This document shows positions 54,370 to 64,000 of a DNA stretch of 64,000 nt, in pieces. The translations under genes were made by a program, and so were the position numbers. The DNA is taken from the NCBI RefSeq assembly GCF_036365525.1, contig NC_090383.1, forward strand, positions 120,344,531-120,408,530. Direction: 5' to 3'. Positions within the stretch are counted from its first letter, which is position 1; each line of letters opens with the position of its first letter. This DNA is from Heterodontus francisci. Taxonomy: Eukaryota. A model generated the notes under the pieces. The model was not told the origin of the DNA and did no database searches. It saw nothing but the letters and a program-made list of their open reading frames with translations.

Positions 54370-54965
54370 ATTGAACGATGCAGCACAGAAGGAGGCCATT
54401 TGGCCCATCATGCCTGTGCTGGCTGATTGATAGAGCTGCCCAATTAATCCCACTCCCCTGCACTTTCGCCATGGCCCTGTAATTTTCTCTCCTTCAAGTG
54501 TTTATCCAATTCCCTTTTGAAAGTTATTATTGAATCCGCTTCCACCGCCCTTTCAGGCAGCGCGTTCCAGATCACAACAACTCGCTGGGTAAAAAAATTC
54601 TCATCTCCCCCTCTGTTCTTTTACTAATTACTTTAAATCTGTATCCTCTGGTTACCCACCCTTCTGCCACTTGTTCTTTACTCTATCAAAAACACTTCAT
54701 GATTTTGAACACCTCTATTAGATGTCCCTTTAACATCCTCTGATATAAGGAGAATAACCCCAGCCTCTCCAGGAAACTGAACCTCCTCATCCCTGGTACC
54801 ATTCTCGGGAAGCTCCTCTGCAAAGCTTTCACATCCTTCCTAAAGTGTGCTGTCCAGAATTGGAAACAAAACTCCAGCTGAGGCCTGACCGGTGATTGAG
54901 CATAACTTCCATGCTTTTGTACTCTATGTCGCTTTTAATAAAGACAAGGATCTTGCTTACTTTTT
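54370..54965 (-). mobile_element. CR1 3' fragment
   Basis: CR1 3' UTR (CAGCACAGAAGGAGGCCATT) and RT C-terminal remnants. Confidence 0.65.
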
Positions 54966-54967
54966 TA

Positions 54968-56140
54968 ACAAAAGCAAAATACTGCTGATGCTGGAAATCT
55001 GAAATAAAAACAGAAAATGCTGGAAATAGTTTTTTTTAATTTTTCATGGCATGTGGGTATCACTGGCAGGGCCAGCATTTGTTGCCCATCCCTAATTACC
55101 CTTGATAACTAAGTGGCTTGCTCGGTCATTATAGAGGGCAGTTAAGAGTCAACCATATGGGTGTGGATCTGCAGTCATATGTAGGCCAGACCAGGTAAGG
55201 ACAGCAGATTTCCTTCCCTAAAGGACAGTCGTGAACCAGATGGGTTTTTAACCAGTTGCTATGGTGGGACTTGAACCAATGTCCCTCAAGCATCAGCCTG
55301 GACCTATGGATTGCTAATTCAGTGACATTTCCACTAGGCCACCATCTCCCCACCTGTTTGCTTATTTACCATCCATTACAGCCTGCTGCTGCTTTCAACC
55401 TGGAAAGCCTTTCATTGGCCACCTGCTGTCCTTACGTGGACGATGAACCCGTCTCCAGGCCAATTAAGGGAGCTCCCCCATGGAAAATCACAAAGAGTGG
55501 CTGCTTCACACTGTCCCTCATCTCTGCTCCCCACCCCCCCCCCCCCCCACCCCACCCCCCCCCCCCACCCCCAGAGCGGGTTCGGCACCTGAAACAGTCC
55601 CAGCCTCTGTTTCCTGCCCCTAGAGGGAAAATCCAGCCCAATGTTTTCAATTGATGACCTTTCATCAGAATTGGAAAAAAGTTAGAGATGTAACAGGTTT
55701 TAAGTGAGTATTGAGGAAGGGAAAGGGGTAATGGGGGATGGACAGGAAGGAACAAAAAGGAAGGTCTGTGACAGGAAGGGAGGAGAGATTAAATGACACA
55801 AGGAATTATGGAGCAATGCAAAAGGAGATGGTAATGGGACAAAAAACAAAAGATGCATCTAGAGGAGGCGTAAATGGGAAAAGCAAAATCATCACCAATA
55901 GCTGCTGACCGATAAAATGGGACCAGTGGTTATGATCTGAAATGATCAAATTCAATGTTGAGTATGAAATGAGGCTGTGAAATGCATAATGTGTCTTGAG
56001 CTTCCATTGAGTTTCAGTGGAACTGTGTAGAAGACGGAGGACAGAGAGATCAGCGTGGGAGTGGGGCAGAGAATTTACCATGGCAAGTGATCAGAAGCTC
56101 GGGGTCACACTTGGGGACTGAAGGAGGTGTTCAGCAAATG
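54968..56140 (-). mobile_element. Penelope-like 3' fragment interrupted by a SINE (55030-55352) and other repeats
   Basis: AAAAGCAAAATACTGC terminus at 54970; hammerhead remnant at ~55640-55672; GIY-YIG remnant 55950-56135. Confidence 0.65.
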
Positions 56141-57886
56141 GAGCTGTTTCATTAACAGCCCTACCGACTTGAGCTGTCATCTTCAGAGATTTCTGTCAAT
56201 AAATCCCCAGGTCCCTCTGTTCCTGTGCCCCCTTTAAAATTGTACCGTTCAGTTTACATTGCCTCTCCTCATTCTTCCTACCAAAATGCATCACTTCACA
56301 CTTCTCTCTTGTTAAATTTCATTTGCGTAGTGTTTGCCCATTCCACCAGCCTGTCTATGTTCACCTCCTCCTCACTCTTCTACATTCCTGAGTTTTGTGT
56401 CATCTGCAAACTTCAAAATTAGACCCTATGTACCCATGTCCAGATCACCTGGTCATCAGTATTTTTCAGAAGGGGCAGTGTTCCTATTACTCTTGTCTGG
56501 GGGGCACCACTGTAAACCACTTCTATATTCCATTCACCACGACTTTCTGCTTTCTGTCCCTTACGCAAATTTGCCGCTGTCCCTTAAATCCCATGGGCTG
56601 CAATTGGTTCAATTGCCAACTGTCTTACATCTGCGTCCTCTGGTTATCGACCCTCCTGATAATGCAAGGGACAGTAATGAAGACACTGGGATATGGAACA
56701 GACCTCCATTCGATGTGTGGTTTGTGGGATGGTGTCAATGCACTCATACATTTTATAGTGAGTTGTTATGGTTCCCCTGCTACTCGTGGGGAGCAGCCAG
56801 TAGCTGCTGCTCAACTATGAACTCAAACCAACGTTCGTCAGTTGTTAGATGACCAAGTTCCCCAGGAGAAGGTAAGCAGTGTTTCGCTGGCATTGAGTTA
56901 GCTCGAAGGTGGTACAACTGATTGGAGTCTAAGCCGAATTTAATGGTGAGGTGGTGTCCCGCCCACCAATTGGAAAGTTGGGATGAGCCTGCCTCCACCG
57001 GACCTGCGAGTCAGGCCCTTAATTGGCTGCTGTCTGGGCTCCGCCCATCTGAAGCAAGAAGTCTTGCCTCCAACAGCTGCCAGCCAATCAGAGGGCTGGT
57101 AGCTCATTAGTCCCAGGAGTGCCAACAGGAGCCAGAACCGGAACATGGACGCTGACCTCTGAAAAGGTAATTGGGGGTTGGGACTTCCTGGGGACAATTG
57201 GCTCGGCCTCACTGAGGGTTGTGGGGGGGCGGGGGGTGGGGAGGTTGCAGTCTAGGACAGAGGGAGTTGTTTCGAGGTAAGGCAGACCATGCTGCTGGGG
57301 GGGTCCTCCACGTGGCACAGGGTGCCCAATCAGGAAGGCCCCATCCCATTCCACAAGGAGGCATAGCCAGGTATTACTAGGCAGCCTCCTTTGGTAAATT
57401 GCCATTAACTGGCCACTTAAGGGCCTCTATTGGCCTAAGGACGGCAGGCCATCTGCCAGCTCCCCGCCATCCCACGCGATTTTATGGCTCCCACCACTCC
57501 CCACCGAGCCTGCTCCCGCGGGGGTATAAAATAATCCAGCCCTGTGTGGCAGGTTCACTGTGCTTCAGGGCATCATTAATCAGCCTGGTGAATTGATGGA
57601 ACCTGGAGAGATAAATCTGTCCCTGGGAGGGTTGGATTCACTCAGCTCCAGATAAACCTTTAAGCCGTCCCCGAATAGGTCGGATGGTATGTGCAGGTTG
57701 AGCAGAGGGAGGTTTACCAGAGCTTTCTGTCAGTAAATTGTGTTAACCCATTAAACTCCAACATTTACCCTGTGCACAATTGGAAATTCCTAAACTTTGA
57801 TGCTTGCCAACCTGCCCTATTTTAGGCCTCTCTCTGACAATGGGTCGGTGTATGCCCTCCATATCAGGCTAACAGGGACTCTACTT

Positions 57887-58510
57887 AAATAAAAGCAAAA
57901 TACTGCAGATGCTGGAATTCTGAAATAAAAACAATAAGTGCTGGAAATACTCAGCAGGTCTGGCAGCATCTGTGGAGAGAGAAGCAGAGTTAACATTTCA
58001 GGTCTGAGACCCTTCATCAGAACTGGCAAATATTAGAAATGTAAAAGGTTTTAAGCAAGTAAAGTGGGGGTGGGGCAAGAGTAACAAAGGAGAAGGTGTT
58101 GATAGGACAAGGTCACAGAGAATAACTGACCGGATGTTCATGGAGCAAAGGCAAATGGTATGTTAATGATGTGCTGAAAGACAAAGCATCAGTACAGACA
58201 GGGTGTTAATGGACAGAAACTGAACAGCCTGGCCCCAAGCACAAACACGAAAAAAACTGTGGGTATGCACTGTAGAAACAAACTAAACAAACTAAAATAA
58301 AATAAACACATAAAAAAGAAAAAGTAACTAAAAATAAAAATATATAGGGGGTGGCGTCATGCTCTGAAAGTATTGAACTCAATGTTCAGTCTGGCAGGCT
58401 GTAGTGCGCCTAATCTGTAAATGAGATGCTGTTCCTCGAGCTTGCGTTGACGTTCACTGGAACACTGCAGCAATCCCAGGACAGAGGTGTGAGCATGAGA
58501 GCAGGGGGGA
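57887..58510 (-). mobile_element. Penelope-like 3' fragment
   Basis: Same terminal sequence and GIY-YIG tail as 8206-8845. Confidence 0.85.
57988..58024 (-). ncRNA. Minimal type I hammerhead ribozyme motif (best-preserved copy of family 1)
   Basis: Minus RNA: AGUU-CUGAUGA-A-GGGUC(UCA)GACCU-GAAA-UGU-U-AACU; stem I AGUU/AACU. Confidence 0.65.
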
Positions 58511-58806
58511 GGCTTATATGCGTCTCTCACTGCTTTGAGCTTGAGACGTCAAAGTGTGATAAAATCAGATACTCAGTTCCCCCAAAAAAGACAAAATTCT
58601 ACAAAATTACAACATGGAAATAGTCCATTCAGTCCAGCCCAATATTACCAGCAGCAGCAAGGCCTCTTGGTGCCACAGCCCTACTGCTTGGTGACAGGAC
58701 CCCAATTTGAATATTTAAATAAATTAAAATGAATGAATTAATGATGTTCTGCTGCGATTTCCAGCCCAGTGGCTGCACTCCCGCGCCTACAGAACAAAGA
58801 ACAAAG

Positions 58807-60927
58807 TTATGATGCGATTAGGCAAGATTTAGGATGCGGAGGATGGGGAAGGAAACTGCAGGGGATGGGCACAATCGAAATGTGGAGCTTATTCAAGGAG
58901 CAGCTACTGCGTGTCCTTGATAAGTACGTACCTGTCAGGCAGGGAGGAAGTTGTCGAGCGAGGGAGCCGTGGTTTACTAAAGAAGTTGAAGCGCTTGTCA
59001 AGAGAAAGAAGAAGGCTTATGTTAGGATGAGATGTGAAGGCTCAGTTAGGGCGCTTGAGAGTTACAAGCTAGCCAGGAAGGATCTAAAGGGAGAGCTAAG
59101 AAGAGCAAGAAGAGGACACGAGAAGTCATTGGCAGATAGGATCAAGGAAAACCCTAAGGCTTTCTATAGGTATATCAGGAATAAAAGAATGACTAGAGTT
59201 AGATTAGGGCCAATCAAGGATAGTAGTGGGAAGTTGTGTGTGGAATCAGAGGAGATAGGGGAAGCGTTAAATGAATATTTTTCGTCAGTATTTACAGTAG
59301 AGAAAGAAAATGTTGTCTGAGATTCAGACTACTAGGCTGGATGGGATTGAGGTTCACAAGGAGGAGGTGTTAGTAATTTTGGAAAGTGTGAAAATAGATA
59401 AGTCCCCTGGGCCAGATGGGATTTATCCTAGGATTCTCTGGGAAGCCAGGGAGGAGATTGCAGAGCCGTTGTTGTTGATCTTTATGTCGTCATTGTCGAC
59501 AGGAATAGTGCCGGAAGACTGGAGGATTGCAAATGTTGTCCCCTTGTTCAAGAAGGGGAGTAGGGACAGCCCTGGTAATTATAGACCTGTGAGCCTTACT
59601 TCGGTTGTGGGTAAAATGTTGGAAAAGGTTATAAGAGACAGGATTTATAATCATCTTGAAAAGAATAAGTTCATTAGCGATAGTCAGCACGGTTTTGTGA
59701 AGGGTAGGTCGTGCCTCACAAACCTTATTGAGTTTTTCGAGAAGGTGACCAAACAGGTGGATGAGGGTAAAGCAGTGGATGTGGTGTATATGGATTTCCG
59801 TAAGGCGTTTGATAAGGTTCCCCACGGTAGGCTATTGCAGAAAATACGGAAGTATGGGGTTGAAGGTGATTTAGAGCTTTGGATCAGAAATTGGCTCGCT
59901 GAAAGAAGACAGAGAGTGGTGGTTGATGGCAAATGTTCATCCTGGAGTTTAGTTACTAGTGGTGTACCGCAAGGATCTGTTTTGGGGCCACTGCTGTTTG
60001 TCAATTTTATAAATGACCTGGAAGAGGGTGTAGAAGGGTGGGTTAGTAAATTTGCGGATGACACGAAGGTCGGTGGAGTTGTGGATAGTGCCGAAGGATG
60101 TTGTAGGGTACAGAGGGACATGGATAGGCTGCAGAGCTGGGCTGAGAGATGGTAAATGGAGTTTAATGCGGAAAAGTGTGAGGTGATTCACTTTGGAAGG
60201 AGTAACAGGAATGCAGAGTACTGGGCTAATGGGAAGATTCTTGGTAGTGTAGATGAACAGAGAGATCTTGGTGTCCAGGTACATAAATCCCTGAAAGTTG
60301 CCACCCAGGTTAATAGGGCTGTTAAGAAGGCATATGGTGTGTTAGCTTTTATTAGTAGGAGGATCGAGTTTCGGAGCCACGAGGTCATGCTGCAGCTGTA
60401 CAAAACTCTGGTGAGGCCGCACCTGGAGTATTGCGTGCAGTTCTGCTCACCGCATTATAGGAAGGATGTGGAAGCTTTGGAGAGGGTGCAGAGGAGATTT
60501 ACTAGGATGTTGCCTGGTATGGAAGGAAGGTCTTACGAGGAAAGGCTGAGGGACTTGAGGTTGTTTTTGTTGGAGAGAAGGAGGAGGAGAGGTGACTTAA
60601 TAGAGACATATAAGATAATCAGAGGGTTAGATACGGTGGATAGTGAGAGTCTTTTTCCTCGGATGGTGATGGCAAACACGAGGGGACATAGCTTTAAGTT
60701 GAGGGGTGATAGATATCGGACAGATGTCAGAGGTAGTTTCTTTACTCAGAGAGTAGTAGGGGCGTGGAACGCCCTGCCTGCAACAGTAGTAGACTTGCCA
60801 ACTTTAAGGGCAATTAAGTGGTCATTGGATAGACAAATGGATGAAAATGGAATAGTGTAGGTCAGATGGTTTCACAGGTCGGCGCAACATCGAGGGCCGA
60901 AGGGCCTGTACTGCGCTGTAATGTTCT
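58807..60927 (+). mobile_element. 5'-truncated CR1 LINE (ORF2 with two disruptions)
   Basis: ORFs 58769-59320, 59310-60155 and 60156-60860 are consecutive ORF2 pieces; 3' UTR to 60927. Confidence 0.93.
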
Positions 60928-60935
60928 AAAAAAAA

Positions 60936-63562
60936 AAATTACAGCACAGGAACAGGCCCTTCGGCCCTCCAAGCCTGCGCTGATCCAGATCCTCTATCCA
61001 AACCTGTCGCCTATTTTCTAAGGGTCTGTATCTCTTTGCTTCCTGCCCATTCATGTATCTGTCTAGATACATCTTAAAAGACGCTATCGTGCCCGGGTCT
61101 ACCACCTCCGCTGGCAAAGCGTTCCAGGCACCCACCACCCTCTGCATAAAGAACTTTCCACGCATATCCCCCCCTAAACTTTTCCGCTCTCACTTTGAAC
61201 TCGTGACCCCTAGTAATTGAATCCCCCACTCTGGGAAAAAGCTTCTTGCTATCCACCCTGTCTATACCTCTTATGATTTTGTACACCTCAATCAGGTCCC
61301 CCCTCAACCTCCGTCTTTCTAATGAAAATAATCCTAATCTACTCAACCTCTCTTCATAGCTAGCGCCCTCCATACCAGGCAACATCCTGGTGAACCTCCT
61401 CTGCACCCTCTCCAAAGCATCCACATCCTTTTGGTAATGTGGCGACCAGAACTGCACGCAGTATTCCAAATGTGGCCGAACCAAAGTCTTGTACAACTGT
61501 AACATGACCTGCCAACTCTTGTACTCAGTACCCCGTCCGATGAAGGAAAGCATGCCGTATGCCTTCTTTACCACTCTATTGACCTGCGTTGCCACCTTCA
61601 GGGAACAATGGACCTGAACACCCAAATCTCTCTGTACATCAATTTTCCCCAGGACTTTTCCATTTATTGTATAGTCCACTCTTGAATTGGCTCTTCCAAA
61701 ATGCATCACCTCGCATTTGCTCGGATTGAACTCCATCTGCCATTTCTCTGCCCAACTCTCCAATCTATCTATATTCTGTTGTATTCTCTGACAGTCCCCT
61801 TCACTATCTGCTACTCCACCAATCTTAGTGTCGTCTGCAAACTTGCTAATCAGACCACCTATACGTTCCTCCAAATCATTTATGTATATCACAAACAACA
61901 GTGGTCCCAGCACGGATCCCTGTGGAACACCACTGGTCACACGTCTCCATTTTGAGAAACTCCCTTCCACTGCTACTCTCCGTCTCCTGTCGCCCAGCCA
62001 GTTCTTTATCCATCTAGCTAGTACACCCTGGACCCCATGCGACTTCACTTTCTCCGTCAACCTACCATGGGGAACCTTATCAAACGCCTTACTGAAGTCC
62101 ATGTATATGACATCTACAGCCCTTCCCTCATCAATCAACTTTGTCACTTCCTCAAAGAATTCTATTAAGTTGGTAAGACATGACCTTCCCTGCACAAAAC
62201 CATGTTGCCTATCACTGATAAGCCCATTTTCTTCCAAATGGGAATAGATCCTATCCTTCAGTATCTTCTCCAGCAGCTTCCCTACCACTGACGTCAGGCT
62301 CACCGGTCTATAATTACCTAGATTATCCCTGCTACTCTTCTTAAACAAGGGGACAACATTAGCAATTCTCCAGTCCTCCGGGACCTCACCCGTGTTTAAG
62401 GATGTTGCAAAGATATCTGTTAAGGCCCCAGCTATTTCCTCTCTCGCTTCCCTCAGTAACCTGGGATAGATCCCATCCGGACCTGGGGACTTGTCCACCT
62501 TAATGCCTTTTAGAATACCCAACACTTCCTCCCTCCTTATGCCGACTTGACCTAGAGTAATCAAACATCTATCCCTAACCTTAACATCCGTCATGTCCCT
62601 CTCCTCGGTGAATACCGATGCAAAGTACTCGTTTAGAATCTCACCCATTTTCTCTGACTCCACGCATAATTTTCCTCCTTTGTCCTTGAGTGGGCCAATC
62701 CTTTCTCTTGTTACCCTCTTGCTCCTTATGTATGAATAAAAGGCTTTGGGATTTTCCTTAACCCTGTTTGCTAAAGATATTTCATGACCCCTTTTAGCCC
62801 TCTTAATTCCTTGTTTCAGATTGGTCCTACATTTCTGATATTCTTCCAAAGCTTCGTCTTTCTTCAGCCGCCTAGACCTTATGTATGCTTCCTTTTTTCT
62901 CTTTGCTAGTTTCACAATTTCACCTGTCATCCATGGTTCCCTAATCTTGCCATTTCTATCCCTCACTTTCACAGGAACATGTCTCTCCTGCACGCTAATC
63001 AACCTCTCTTTAAAAGCCTCCCACATATCAAATGTGGATTTATCTTCAAATAGCTGCTCCCAATCTTCATTTCCCAGCTCCTGCCGAATTTTGGTATAGT
63101 TGGCCTTCCCCCAATTTAGCACTCTTCCTTTAGGACCACTCTCGTCTTTGTCCATGAGTATTCTAAAACTTACGAAATTGTGATCACTATTCCCAAAGTA
63201 GTCCCCTACTGAAACTTCAACCACCTGGCCAGGCTCATTCCCCAACACCAGGTCCAGTATGGCCCCTTCCCGAGTTGGACTATTTACATACTGCTCTAAA
63301 AAACCCTCCTGGATGCTCCTTACAAATTCTGCTCCATCTAGACCTCTAACACTAAGTGAATCCCAGTCAATGTTGGGAAAATTAAAATCTCCTATCACCA
63401 CCACCCTGTTGCTCCTACATCTTTCCATAATCTGTTTACATATTTGTATCTCTATCTCACGCTCGCTGTTGGGAGGCCTGTAGTACAGCCCCAACATTGT
63501 TACCGCACCCTTCCTATTTCTGAGTTCTGCCCATATTGCCTCACTGCTCGAGTCCTCCATAC
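60936..63562 (-). mobile_element. 5'-truncated CR1 LINE (APE partial + RT; frameshift near 61165)
   Basis: 832-aa ORF 61074-63572 with GDFN, SDH and FADD motifs; its microsatellite tail appears displaced to 58790-58806. Confidence 0.93.
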
Positions 63563-63704
63563 AGGAACACATACACTAAGAAACAGCAGAACTCACCCAT
63601 CTATGTTCTGTAGAAGGAGGGCTTCTGTGATCTGCAGGCAGGGTCTGATCACCAGTTGTCCCCGATGAGGCTGTGAAATAAATGATAAAATGTCATCAAC
63701 CGTC

Positions 63705-64000
63705 AAGAAAGAACAGAAGAAATAGGAGTTGGAGGAGGCCATTTGGCCCTTCAAACCTGCTCTGCCATTCAATAAGATCACGGCTGATCTTCTACCTCAA
63801 CTTCACCTTCCTGCACTATCCCCATATCCCTTAATTTCCTTTGTACACAAACATCCATCGACCTCTGTCTTGAATATACTCAACGATGAAACATCCACAG
63901 CTCTGGGGCAGAAAATTCTAATGATTCACAGCCCTTTGAGTGAAGACATTTCTCCCGATTCAGTCCTAAATGGCTGACCCTTTGTTCTGAGACCATGAAG
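63705..64000 (-). mobile_element. CR1 3' end fragment running off the right edge
   Basis: AGAAATAGGAG...GGCCATT.GGCCCTTC.A.CCTGCTC.GCCATTCAAT CR1 3' UTR signature. Confidence 0.7.

Overview
This is eukaryotic, repeat-dense vertebrate DNA. The SINE/CR1/Penelope repertoire suggests a cartilaginous fish (inference). The one host gene I can reconstruct is a + strand, intron-split immunoglobulin-superfamily receptor (4235-35195; leader exon not found, probably left of the window). It has two germline-joined V-J-like Ig domains, an uncharged transmembrane exon and three cytoplasmic exons carrying ITSM-ITIM-ITSM motifs. All splice junctions are GT-AG and phase-compatible, and a decayed copy of the first V exon lies in an intron. 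The rest is mostly transposons and repeats: many CR1 LINEs (one full-length with both ORFs open), an RTE LINE, a Gmr1-like Gypsy LTR element with a 4-bp TSD plus a solo LTR, tRNA-derived SINEs, Penelope-like elements with minimal hammerhead ribozyme motifs, foldback structures and 13-16 bp TSDs, and three large minisatellites. Most of the ORF track reflects TE or repeat translations.
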